From a virus, in the IMG/VR virus record IMGVR_UViG_3300042544_000912, positions 66,899-130,898 of that record: a stretch of DNA of 64,000 nucleotides; one strand, given 5' to 3'. A program made the position numbers and the translations under genes. Positions 18,199 through 27,322 of this stretch are shown piece after piece; the stretch's first letter is position 1; the number at the start of each line of letters is the position of its first letter. A model generated the notes under the pieces. That model worked only from the letters and a program-made list of their open reading frames with translations. It was not told the DNA's origin and did no database searches.

Positions 18199-19676
18199 GT
18201 GATTTAACAGTTTCCAAAAAAAATGAAGTGCATCTAAAGGTCGATTGTGACCCCGGTATTGCACAAGAAATAAACGATTACTTCACTTTTGAAGTCCCGG
18301 GTGCACGTTTCATGCCAACGTATCGCGCCAAACTTTGGGATGGTAAAGCCAGACTGTTCAATATCTGGACAAAAGAACTCTATGTTGGCCTATTACCATA
18401 TCTCAGAGAATTTGCGGAAAGACTAGACTATACCGTAGACGTTGATATGGAACGTATCGGGGACCCAGTCACTATAGAGGATGTGCAGAAGTTTGCGGAA
18501 TCGTTGAACCTACATAGCCAAGATAAACCGATTGAGACTAGAGACTACCAGTTAGAAGCGGTCAAATATGCTATTCGCATCGGTCGCACGTTGCTGCTAT
18601 CACCTACCGCATCTGGTAAGTCGCTCATCATCTATCTGCTAATGCGTTACCATCAACAGTTTGGCCGCAAACAACTTATCATTGTTCCCACGACATCACT
18701 CGTTGAACAAATGTATAAGGACTTCCAAGACTACGCATCACACACAGACTGGTACGTATCTCAGAACTGCGCCAAGATTTATGCTGGGCATGAAAAATCA
18801 AACGAAGCATCTATTGTAATTTCCACCTGGCAGTCCATCTATAAGCTACCGAAAAAATTCTTTGATGAGTTTGATGTAATCTATGGCGATGAAGCGCATT
18901 TGTTTAAAGCAAAGTCGCTAACATCTATCTTTGATAAATGCGTTAACACAAAGTATCGCATCGGTACCACCGGAACATTAGATGGAATGAAGACCCATAA
19001 ACTCATTCTTGAGGGTCTATTCGGTAAAGTTAAAAAAGTTATCTCGACTAAGGAACTGATGGACCAAGGCTCAGTGGCTGACCTGGATATTCACTGTATT
19101 CTTCTAGACTACACAGACGAAGAAAAGAAGGCACTAAAGACCTACACATATCAAGAAGAAATGGACTGGCTGGTTACTCACCCCAAGCGCAACAATGTTA
19201 TTAAGAACCTAGCCACAACTCAAACAGGCAACACGCTTGTTCTGTTTCAGTTTGTTGAAAAGCATGGCCAAGTTTTGTATGACTTGATTGACAATAAGGT
19301 TGGAGATACTCGCCAAGTTTTCTTTGTTCACGGTGGAACTGATACGCAACAGCGAGAAGCCATTAGAGATATCACGGAAAAAGAAAAAGACGCTATCATC
19401 ATAGCGTCCTACGGCACGTTTTCAACGGGTATAAATATAAGAAATCTGCACAACGTCATCTTTGCATCACCTTCTAAATCGCGCATCCGAAATTTACAGT
19501 CGATTGGTAGAGGACTTCGAAAGGGTACCGACAAAGCAATGTGTAGACTATTTGACATCGGGGATGACCTAACATGGAAGAGCCGAAAGAACTATACTCT
19601 TTCCCATATGGTGGAAAGAATTAAGATATATAATGAAGAAGGTTTCAACTACAAACTGGTGAGAATACAGCTATGA
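18195..19676 (+). CDS. uvsW: SF2 helicase UvsW
   Basis: RDYQ, SPTASGKS, GDEAH, GTTGT and LQSIGRGLR motifs. Confidence 0.95.
   Translation: MSDLTVSKKNEVHLKVDCDPGIAQEINDYFTFEVPGARFMPTYRAKLWDGKARLFNIWTKELYVGLLPYLREFAERLDYTVDVDMERIGDPVTIEDVQKFAESLNLHSQDKPIETRDYQLEAVKYAIRIGRTLLLSPTASGKSLIIYLLMRYHQQFGRKQLIIVPTTSLVEQMYKDFQDYASHTDWYVSQNCAKIYAGHEKSNEASIVISTWQSIYKLPKKFFDEFDVIYGDEAHLFKAKSLTSIFDKCVNTKYRIGTTGTLDGMKTHKLILEGLFGKVKKVISTKELMDQGSVADLDIHCILLDYTDEEKKALKTYTYQEEMDWLVTHPKRNNVIKNLATTQTGNTLVLFQFVEKHGQVLYDLIDNKVGDTRQVFFVHGGTDTQQREAIRDITEKEKDAIIIASYGTFSTGINIRNLHNVIFASPSKSRIRNLQSIGRGLRKGTDKAMCRLFDIGDDLTWKSRKNYTLSHMVERIKIYNEEGFNYKLVRIQL
19430..19437 (+). promoter_or_regulatory. T4-type late promoter TATAAATA inside the uvsW 3' region
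   Basis: Exact consensus; could drive the downstream ORF. Confidence 0.5.
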
Positions 19677-20038
19677 CCGATGTGACTGTTCTAAGATTAA
19701 AAAATGGCGAAACACTCATTGCAGGTGTTCGCCAAGCAGATGATAATAATTATTGGGTAGATGACCCGATTGCCGTTGTCCCTGTTCAAGTAACTCACGA
19801 GGGAGTAAGCGGAGAAACATTTCTCTTGAAGCCCTGGATTGGAATTTCACCGGATAAAAGTTTTCTTTTGGGTGTCGGGGAGATACTCACCTCGGGTTCA
19901 CTAAAAGAAAATCTGCTACAGCAATACCTAATGTATATCGGCAACGATACGGCCGAGCCAGTCAACGACATTGAAGACTTTGATGAGATGGAAATGCTTC
20001 AAGCAAGAATACTAAGAAGCAAAGGATTACTTAATTGA
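19673..20038 (+). CDS. Hypothetical protein (Sm-like fold pattern) after uvsW
   Basis: VLRLKNGETLIA...LKPWI pattern resembles the Sm-like ORF at 35887. Confidence 0.6.
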   Translation: MTDVTVLRLKNGETLIAGVRQADDNNYWVDDPIAVVPVQVTHEGVSGETFLLKPWIGISPDKSFLLGVGEILTSGSLKENLLQQYLMYIGNDTAEPVNDIEDFDEMEMLQARILRSKGLLN

Positions 20039-20113
20039 AGTTATTCTTGAAGAGCTACACTCTTCTTATACACCAAGAATCGCTATATGTAAATACTTTT
20101 TTCAATAAAAATG

Positions 20114-20142
20114 TTGCTATATACAAAAAAATGTAGTATAAC
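20114..20142 (+). promoter_or_regulatory. sigma70-type promoter TTGCTA-17-TATAAC
   Basis: Upstream of gp55. Confidence 0.6.
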
Positions 20143-20166
20143 AAATTATATCATGATGGAGGCCAA

Positions 20167-20751
20167 ATGGTCAAGAATAGAAAAAATAATGTTCACTACG
20201 TAGATAACGCTTTGTTTCTAGAAAAGATTACAGAGTATAGAGAACAGGTGCTGGCGGCCAAAGCTCAGCCTGATTATGACCGTAGTAAGAAACCTCGCGT
20301 GCCTAATTATCTAGGTGAATGCTTCCTTAAGATTGCCAATCACTTGGCATATAAATCTAACTTCATCAATTATACCTATCGCGAGGAAATGATTCTTGAT
20401 GGTATTGAAAACTGCATTACTTACATCGATAACTTCGATCCTGCTAAGTCTAAGAACCCCTTTGCTTACTTCACACAGATTACGTATTATGCCTTCTTAC
20501 GCCGTATTGCGAAAGAGAAAAAGCAACAGGCCGCGAAGTATAGATACATCCGCAATCTAGATGTCCATGATTTAATCACGCAAGATCACGATGGTGGTGA
20601 TTATGGTAATGAGTTTATTGACTATCTTAAAAAGACAATTGACCTGGTAGAAGACTTTGATAAGCCTGCCGAAGTCAGTAATATTCCAAAACGCCGCCCA
20701 AAATATCTGGACAAACAAAAAACTGTTGACTCGGGACTAGATTTAGAGTAA
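20167..20751 (+). CDS. gp55: Late transcription sigma factor gp55
   Basis: HYVDNALF, YLGECFLKIANHL, FINYTYREEMILDGIENC and NPFAYFTQI motifs. Confidence 0.95.
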   Translation: MVKNRKNNVHYVDNALFLEKITEYREQVLAAKAQPDYDRSKKPRVPNYLGECFLKIANHLAYKSNFINYTYREEMILDGIENCITYIDNFDPAKSKNPFAYFTQITYYAFLRRIAKEKKQQAAKYRYIRNLDVHDLITQDHDGGDYGNEFIDYLKKTIDLVEDFDKPAEVSNIPKRRPKYLDKQKTVDSGLDLE

Positions 20752-20754
20752 TAT
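20726..20754 (+). promoter_or_regulatory. sigma70-type promoter TTGACT-17-TAATAT
   Basis: Overlaps the gp55 3' end, upstream of 20785; GACTC overlaps the -35. Confidence 0.65.
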
Positions 20755-20784
20755 GTAAACATAACTCTAATCGAAAGGCTTATT

Positions 20785-21138
20785 ATGACTGATATAAACA
20801 ATCTCAAAATCTCGACACCTGGTGCAAAGACGTTTCTTTCCGAAAACTGGTTCCCTCTCTCCATGTTCGGTGTTGTTGCTCTTGGTCTGGTTTCTGTTCT
20901 TTCTAATGTAGCAGAACACCGCGAAGAAGTGCAGACAATTTCGGTACAGAACGCTGGCTGCATCTATCTTGAATCTTCCAAGTTAGGTGAAGGCCAACAC
21001 TATATGATTTGTAATGGCCAAATTACACTAAAGCGAGTCGCTGATGGTGAACAGACTGACCCCGAACAGGCTCTAGAAGAAGCCATTCCCACAGAAGCGG
21101 CCGCTGCAACTAATACAACTGCGCCGCCTACTAAGTAA
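20785..21138 (+). CDS. Hypothetical membrane-anchored protein
   Basis: One hydrophobic segment (WFPLSMFGVVALGLVSVL), a Cys pair and an Ala/Thr-rich tail. Confidence 0.6.
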   Translation: MTDINNLKISTPGAKTFLSENWFPLSMFGVVALGLVSVLSNVAEHREEVQTISVQNAGCIYLESSKLGEGQHYMICNGQITLKRVADGEQTDPEQALEEAIPTEAAAATNTTAPPTK

Positions 21139-21146
21139 GGTGAAAT

Positions 21147-21323
21147 ATGAGTAAGGAACTTATTGTTCCTGCAATCGTCCAGCAGATGGTCGATAGTATG
21201 CAGGACAAGGCAACGCCGTCTAATATCAGACATAACTATATGGTCACGATTGAAAATATTCGAGACTATTGCGATAAGGCATTGGCACAATATGCAAAAG
21301 ATAATGGATTAAAGCGTAAATGA
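21147..21323 (+). CDS. Small hypothetical protein (58 aa, not in the ORF track)
   Basis: MSKELIVPAIVQQMVDSMQDK...IRDYCDKAL translated by hand; SD AAGGTG; stop overlaps the next start. Confidence 0.7.
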   Translation: MSKELIVPAIVQQMVDSMQDKATPSNIRHNYMVTIENIRDYCDKALAQYAKDNGLKRK

Positions 21324-21859
21324 AAGTAACTGATCCTAATACCGTTCATGTAATGATTGACTTGGAAACTCTTTCGACAAGAGCCAATGCGACCATTCTT
21401 TCTATTGGTGCTACCAAGTTCACTATCGGTGAAGGTATTATCGATAAGTTCTACTGTAACATTGATGCTAAATCTTGTAAGACTGCTGGGCTTCATGTTG
21501 ATAAGTCTACCATTGAATGGTGGATGCAGCAAAGCCCTGCAGCAAGAGACGCACTTCTTACCGACCAACTACCTCTGGCGGATGCATTGCAAAGTTTTTC
21601 TGACTGGATTGGCAGAGACAAGGTAATGCCGTGGGGTAATGGCGCTTCGTTTGATATCAGTATCATGGAGTCTGCCTATCAAGCCGTTAGTCTTCCTTAT
21701 CCTTGGCGCTACAGTAACATCATGTGTTATCGCACCGTTATGAATCTTATGGGTCTAAGCAATGCTAAGATTCGTGCAGCCGAAAATGACACGCATCACC
21801 ATGCTCTTGATGATGCTATCAGCCAGACCAATACTTTACTTGGAATTCTAAAGTCATGA
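21320..21859 (+). CDS. DEDD 3'-5' exonuclease (DexA/Rv2179c-like)
   Basis: HVMIDLETL, WGNGASFDISI and HHALDDA motifs. Confidence 0.85.
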   Translation: MKVTDPNTVHVMIDLETLSTRANATILSIGATKFTIGEGIIDKFYCNIDAKSCKTAGLHVDKSTIEWWMQQSPAARDALLTDQLPLADALQSFSDWIGRDKVMPWGNGASFDISIMESAYQAVSLPYPWRYSNIMCYRTVMNLMGLSNAKIRAAENDTHHHALDDAISQTNTLLGILKS

Positions 21860-22911
21860 AAATTGCGTTGATTACGGACACGCACTTCGGTGCTAGGTCA
21901 GATTCCATCCCGTTCGATAACTTCTTTGCGAAGTTCTACACAGAAACATTCTTCCCCCATTTGGAACGAGAAGGTATCAAGACTATCATTCACTTGGGTG
22001 ATGTCTTTGATAGGCGCAAGTTTATAAATTATAATACGTTGAAGAAATGCCGCGAGTATTTCTTTGACAGAACCAGTGATTTGGGTATCGATGTCCATAT
22101 GATTGCTGGTAATCACGATACTTTCTTCAAGAATACTAATGATGTAAACTCTCTGGACCTTCTTCTCCGTGAGTATGAGAACATCATTACATATTCAGAA
22201 GCAGAAGAAATCAGATTAGACGGAAAGAATCTACTGCTTGTTCCATGGATTTGTTCGGGCAACTATGCAGAAACTATGGAGGTAGTAAAGAAAAGCAATG
22301 CACAAGCAGTATTTGGACACTTTGAGTTTTCAGGTTTCGAAATGTATCGTGGGCATAAAAATGACCATGGAATGGACACTGTTGACTTTGATAGATTTCC
22401 TCTCGTTTGCAGCGGTCATTTCCATCATCGCAGTCGGTCTGGTAACATTGTCTATCTTGGTAATACCTATGAGTTTACTTGGAGCGATTATAATGATCCA
22501 AGAGGGTATCACATCTATGATACGGAAACGAATGAGATAGAATTTCATGAGAACCCATTTAAAATCTTTCATAAAATCTATTATGATGACACTACTGGTG
22601 ACCCTAGTTTGCTTGATCTTAGCGCACTTGTGGGGAGTTGCGTTCGGTTAGTTGTCGTAAAGAAAACCGACTTCTATAAGTTTGACCGCTTTGTAGATAA
22701 GTTGTATGACCTAAATCTCATCGAACTAAAAATCGTTGAAGACTTTTCCGAGTTTGAAACAGAAGCTATGGAAGATGAAGAAATGAATATCGAAGATACT
22801 ATGACTGTTCTTTCTGACTTCGTTGACACTATTCAAACCGATCTAGAAAAGAACCGTATTAAGTCTATTCTCCAGACACTCTATGTTGAGGCACAGAACG
22901 TTACTGTATGA
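21856..22911 (+). CDS. gp47: Recombination nuclease gp47 (Mre11/SbcD-like)
   Basis: DTHFG, GDVFD, GNHD and GHFH metallophosphoesterase motifs. Confidence 0.93.
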   Translation: MKIALITDTHFGARSDSIPFDNFFAKFYTETFFPHLEREGIKTIIHLGDVFDRRKFINYNTLKKCREYFFDRTSDLGIDVHMIAGNHDTFFKNTNDVNSLDLLLREYENIITYSEAEEIRLDGKNLLLVPWICSGNYAETMEVVKKSNAQAVFGHFEFSGFEMYRGHKNDHGMDTVDFDRFPLVCSGHFHHRSRSGNIVYLGNTYEFTWSDYNDPRGYHIYDTETNEIEFHENPFKIFHKIYYDDTTGDPSLLDLSALVGSCVRLVVVKKTDFYKFDRFVDKLYDLNLIELKIVEDFSEFETEAMEDEEMNIEDTMTVLSDFVDTIQTDLEKNRIKSILQTLYVEAQNVTV

Positions 22912-24623
22912 TTATTTTCAACACAATTCGCTGGAAGAACTTTCTTTCAACTGGCAACCAGTTCACAGAAATCAAGCTAGACCGTTCACCTAACACTCTG
23001 ATTGTCGGTGAGAATGGTGGCGGAAAGTCAACAATGCTTGACGCATTGTGCTTTAGTCTTTTTGGTAAGCCGTTTCGTAACATCAACAAGCCTCAGTTGG
23101 TAAACTCCATCAACAAGAAGCAACTTCTGGTTGAGGTGGAATTCCAGTCGGGTCGCAAGTCGTATAAGATTGTGCGCGGCATCAAGCCTAATCTTTTTGA
23201 AATCTATGTTGACGGTGACCTGATTAACCAAGACGCCGCCGCTCGTGACTATCAGAAGTATCTCGAAGAATCTATTCTCAAGTTGAACTACAAGTCCTTC
23301 ACACAGATTGTCATTCTGGGTTCAGCATCGTTTACGCCATTCATGCAGTTGCCATCTGGCACACGCCGTGAGATTATCGAAGACCTACTTGACATTCAAA
23401 TCTTTACCACTATGAACGTGGTGCTTAGGGATAAGATGAATGAGTTGAAGGATCGATTGCAAGACGCCGACGGTAAGTTGGAAGTTTTGAAGCAGAAGGC
23501 CTCAATTCAGAAAGAATATGTTGACACCCTAGAAGCGAACCGAGAGAAGAGAGTCGATGAAATATTGGAGCGTATTGAGGCTGGTGAGGGGAAGATATCA
23601 AGTCTTACCAATCTCGCCAATGATGTGGCGGGGCAGAAAGTTTCGATTGAAGAAGCCCAGAAAAATCTGGGAGACCTTGCAACCAAGCAAAAGAAACTTG
23701 ACTCCTTCAAAACCAAATTTTCCACTCAACTCCGCGATCTTCAAAAAGAGGTTGCTTTCTACGAGGAAACAGATGAGTGTCCGACGTGCCAACAGGGGAT
23801 TGCTCACGACCATAAAGAAACTATCGTCTCATCAAGACAAGAGAAAATTCAAGAACTCTCTTCTGGAATGGAGAAACTCCAAGAAGAATTTACAAAACTT
23901 GAAGACCTCATTGCGGAAAATGAGATTCTTTCCGAACAAATTTCTGGGTTGAACGCGGAGATTATCACGCACAACAATGAAATTATTGTTCAACAAAGAC
24001 TGATACAAGCCCTTAATTTGGAACTGGCTGACATTACATCTAAAACTGGTGATATAGATACTGAGAAAAATAAGTTGAAAACTTATGCTAAGGAAGTTCT
24101 GACTCAGAACGAAGAAAAGGCCAAGTTGAATGAAGAAAAGCATTACCTGGATGCTGTCTCCACTCTCCTCAAGGACACTGGTATTAAGACTAAGATTATT
24201 CGGCAGTATCTTCCAGTTATCAATAAACTGGTGAATAAATATCTACAAGCAATGGACTTCTTCGTGCAGTTTAATCTGGATGAAAAGTTCGATGAAACTA
24301 TTAAGTCTCGCCATCGTGATGATTTTAGTTACGCATCATTCTCGGAAGGAGAAAAGCAACGCATCGACCTTGCTCTTCTGTTTACATGGCGGACAATCGC
24401 TAAGATGAAGAACAGTGTGGCTACCAATCTTCTAATCTTGGACGAGGTATTCGATAGTTCGCTTGATAATAATGGTACCGATTATGTTATGTCTCTGCTA
24501 GATACAATTGGCGAAGATACAAATCTATTCGTTATCAGTCATAAGGGCGACCAACTCTTTGATAAGTTTCGCAGTCTTATTAAGTTTGAAAAGAAAAATA
24601 ACTATAGTGAAATGGTGATATAA
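22908..24623 (+). CDS. gp46: Recombination ATPase gp46 (Rad50/SbcC-like)
   Basis: GENGGGKST Walker A, CPTC zinc hook, FSEGE signature and LILDE Walker B. Confidence 0.95.
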   Translation: MIIFNTIRWKNFLSTGNQFTEIKLDRSPNTLIVGENGGGKSTMLDALCFSLFGKPFRNINKPQLVNSINKKQLLVEVEFQSGRKSYKIVRGIKPNLFEIYVDGDLINQDAAARDYQKYLEESILKLNYKSFTQIVILGSASFTPFMQLPSGTRREIIEDLLDIQIFTTMNVVLRDKMNELKDRLQDADGKLEVLKQKASIQKEYVDTLEANREKRVDEILERIEAGEGKISSLTNLANDVAGQKVSIEEAQKNLGDLATKQKKLDSFKTKFSTQLRDLQKEVAFYEETDECPTCQQGIAHDHKETIVSSRQEKIQELSSGMEKLQEEFTKLEDLIAENEILSEQISGLNAEIITHNNEIIVQQRLIQALNLELADITSKTGDIDTEKNKLKTYAKEVLTQNEEKAKLNEEKHYLDAVSTLLKDTGIKTKIIRQYLPVINKLVNKYLQAMDFFVQFNLDEKFDETIKSRHRDDFSYASFSEGEKQRIDLALLFTWRTIAKMKNSVATNLLILDEVFDSSLDNNGTDYVMSLLDTIGEDTNLFVISHKGDQLFDKFRSLIKFEKKNNYSEMVI

Positions 24624-25138
24624 TGGAATTAATTAAGTTTACTGACCCAACACTTCGGGTAGAGCCAACAGCTTTTGAATTTGGCAAAGAAGATGCTAAA
24701 GATTTGGTAGATAGACTATGGACAAAATGTCGAGAACTTCGAGGTTTAGGTTTATCTGCAAATCAGGTAGGAATTGATGCCAAAGTTTTTGTGATGGGTT
24801 CAGATGATGATAATCGTAAGAATATTTTTAACCCGAAAATTGTTTCCTCGTCGGAAGAAACTAATCTTGCTAAAGAAGGTTGTCTAAGTTATCCTGGTCT
24901 GTGGCTGTCTATCAAACGCCCAGCTACCATCACTGCTTCATATCAGAATGTGGAGGGTGAATATATAGTAGAAGAATTTACGGGATTGCCCGCTAGAATC
25001 TTTCAACATGAATATGATCATATGCTTGGATTGAATTTCTCTGACCATGCTTCTGAAATGAAAATGAAGATGGCTATGAAGTCACTAGAAAAACGAGCAA
25101 AAAAGTATATTAAAAAATATGTCCAAAACAACCTCTGA
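24623..25138 (+). CDS. def: Peptide deformylase
   Basis: All three PDF motifs present: GLSANQVG, EGCLS and HEYDH. Confidence 0.93.
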   Translation: MELIKFTDPTLRVEPTAFEFGKEDAKDLVDRLWTKCRELRGLGLSANQVGIDAKVFVMGSDDDNRKNIFNPKIVSSSEETNLAKEGCLSYPGLWLSIKRPATITASYQNVEGEYIVEEFTGLPARIFQHEYDHMLGLNFSDHASEMKMKMAMKSLEKRAKKYIKKYVQNNL

Positions 25139-25162
25139 ATTTATAGTTGATTAATTATTTTT

Positions 25163-25636
25163 ATGTCTATACGATTATTCCATCTTACTTTGCCAGAAAA
25201 TTTCGTTGATAATGTTTTAGCATTGCGTGGTATAGCCAAGTCTGTTAAACGAAGTAATAAAGGTGGATGGCAAAGTCACCGGTGCAATAGAAAAACTTAT
25301 TCCTGGGCAGAATCAGTTATAGATAATGTTCAAACTGTAGCCGATGTTACTGGAGATATAACTTGCTGGTATAATATCAATACGGATAGTGATTATAATG
25401 AGTGGCACCATCACGATAGGGGTGACACAGATGAGATGTGTGCAGTCCTTTATCTCCAAGTTCCAGAAAATGCTGGTCATTTTGAGTATGAGATTGAAAA
25501 AGAAATCTTCCAGATTAAACCATATGCTGGGTTGTTATTATTATTTCCTGATGATTTGATGCATCGTGTTTTACCGAACGAAGGTGATGGCGAAAGAGTC
25601 TCCATGGCTTTTAATTTTTGGAAAATGTTGAAATGA
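25163..25636 (+). CDS. Putative 2OG-Fe(II) oxygenase
   Basis: SNKGGWQS, WYNIN, HHHD, LLLFPDDLMHRV and RVSMAFN pattern (HxD...H...R). Confidence 0.75.
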   Translation: MSIRLFHLTLPENFVDNVLALRGIAKSVKRSNKGGWQSHRCNRKTYSWAESVIDNVQTVADVTGDITCWYNINTDSDYNEWHHHDRGDTDEMCAVLYLQVPENAGHFEYEIEKEIFQIKPYAGLLLLFPDDLMHRVLPNEGDGERVSMAFNFWKMLK

Positions 25637-25672
25637 ATATATTTTATCCCCACGAAAGGTATATTAGAAAAT

Positions 25673-26047
25673 ATGTCCAACACAACCTATGATTTCGGAT
25701 TTACATTCGAAGACCCCTCCGAAACTGTAATTCATGTCCAAGAGCCGTATAGTTCTCAGACGATAGATACAGGCGACCTAAAAGATGAGATTATGGCCAA
25801 GCTCTATGACCTTGAAGCCAGACTTCTTAATGTAGACCAGTCAACTCTCATTGCAGAACACAAGAGACTTGTGGAAATGGAAGTTGCAGAAAAATTGAAG
25901 CAGGTAGAAGACTTAATTCTACCTTTAATGTATAACCTGATGAAAAATCCTGAAAAGGAATACATCCACTGGCCGAATAGGACACCCATAATTGATAACC
26001 AAATTGAAAAGATCACCGCAATCACACGATACTATGAACGAGTTTGA
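25673..26047 (+). CDS. Hypothetical protein of a type seen in T4-like phages
   Basis: DFGFTF and LILPLMYNLMKNPEKEYIHWPNR motifs. Confidence 0.65.
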   Translation: MSNTTYDFGFTFEDPSETVIHVQEPYSSQTIDTGDLKDEIMAKLYDLEARLLNVDQSTLIAEHKRLVEMEVAEKLKQVEDLILPLMYNLMKNPEKEYIHWPNRTPIIDNQIEKITAITRYYERV

Positions 26048-26630
26048 TGGTCCTTCGAAAGCTAGATTTTTTGCGCAGCCAGTGGCTACCGCAGTAAATC
26101 TATATTTGTGTGGCGAAATCAAAGCCGCAGAAGAATATGTAGAGTGGTTTCAGTTGTTCCGCGCTGCTGGTGAAAATGATATCATTTACATTCGCATCAA
26201 CAGCGAGGGTGGCGACCTGTTTGCCGCTCTACAGATAGTAAGAGCAATTCAAGAATCGAATGCTACTATTGTCTGTTCGGTAGAAGGCATTTGTATGTCG
26301 GCTGCAACACTTATCTTCCTTAGCGCGGACCGCTTCGAACTGTCTGACCATACCATGTTCATGTTCCACAACTATTCAAGTGGCACCATCGGTAAGGGCG
26401 GCGAGATGTATGACCAAATCACACACTTCCGTGCTTGGTCTGAAAAACTGTTCACTTCATTCTACAAGGACTTCCTGACGCCAGAAGAAATCAAGTCGAT
26501 GCTTGATAACAAGGATATCTGGCTTGATGCAGAGGAAGTCGCCAAGCGTTTGAAGAACCGCATCGAAGCAGATGCGGAAGAAGAAGCTCCGAAGCCTAAA
26601 AAGACTCGGAAGAAAGCCGTTCCTGCATAA
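26034..26630 (+). CDS. ClpP-like serine protease
   Basis: INSEGG, CMSAA (catalytic Ser), FMFHN (His) and DIWLDAEE; ATG 26034 preferred over 25992. Confidence 0.85.
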   Translation: MNEFDGPSKARFFAQPVATAVNLYLCGEIKAAEEYVEWFQLFRAAGENDIIYIRINSEGGDLFAALQIVRAIQESNATIVCSVEGICMSAATLIFLSADRFELSDHTMFMFHNYSSGTIGKGGEMYDQITHFRAWSEKLFTSFYKDFLTPEEIKSMLDNKDIWLDAEEVAKRLKNRIEADAEEEAPKPKKTRKKAVPA

Positions 26631-26637
26631 ATACTAC

Positions 26638-26666
26638 TTGACATTTCCTTGCGAATCGAGTAGTAT
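26638..26666 (+). promoter_or_regulatory. sigma70-type promoter TTGACA-17-TAGTAT with CGAATCG in the spacer
   Basis: GAATC at 26653-26657; late-like CATAAATA at 26626-26633 just upstream. Confidence 0.75.
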
Positions 26667-26672
26667 ATAAAC

Positions 26673-27278
26673 ATGATTAGTTTTAAAGAGTTTATAAGTG
26701 AGTCGCAAGACGGTGCCGGATTAACTATCTGGGACATTGATGAAACTCTATTTCGCACAACTGCCCGCGTCCATATCATCAAAGATGGTAAGATTATCAA
26801 GACGTTAGGTAACAAGCAATACAATACATATAATTTACAGCCGGGTGAGTCCTTCGACTTTAGCGAGTTTAGGGACGCCCGGCATTTTCAATCTACCAGC
26901 GAACCAATCGCAAGAGCGATTCGCAAACTGATTGCAATGCACAAGAACATCAAGGCCAAGGGTAGCAAGATGGTTGTTATCACAGCCCGCTCCGACTTTG
27001 ATGACCGTGATATTTTTCTAGATACATTTCGTAAGCAAGGCATTGATATCGATGATATCCATGTCCATCGTGCTGGCAATCTTGGCGCCATGCCCTCTGC
27101 GGCTGCTAAGAAAATCTATATCAAACAATACCTTGACACTGGTAAATATACTCGCGCCCGTCTCTTTGATGACGCGGTGTCCAATCTCCAGATGTTCAAG
27201 GACTTAGCGAATGAATACCCTAATGTGAAGTTTGAGCCGTTCTTGGCTCACGAAGATGGAACAATGACTCGTTTTTAA
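26673..27278 (+). CDS. HAD-superfamily hydrolase with capsid-targeting-like N-terminus
   Basis: WDIDETLF (DxD motif I), VITAR (motif II), K, and LFDDAVSNL (motif IV); begins MISFKEFISE. Confidence 0.75.
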   Translation: MISFKEFISESQDGAGLTIWDIDETLFRTTARVHIIKDGKIIKTLGNKQYNTYNLQPGESFDFSEFRDARHFQSTSEPIARAIRKLIAMHKNIKAKGSKMVVITARSDFDDRDIFLDTFRKQGIDIDDIHVHRAGNLGAMPSAAAKKIYIKQYLDTGKYTRARLFDDAVSNLQMFKDLANEYPNVKFEPFLAHEDGTMTRF

Positions 27279-27279
27279 C

Positions 27280-27307
27280 TTGACATTACCATCGATTCGT
27301 GTATACT
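27280..27307 (+). promoter_or_regulatory. sigma70-type promoter TTGACA-16-TATACT with CGATTCG in the spacer
   Basis: GATTC at 27294-27298. Confidence 0.7.
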
Positions 27308-27322
27308 AATAATATAAGGAGA

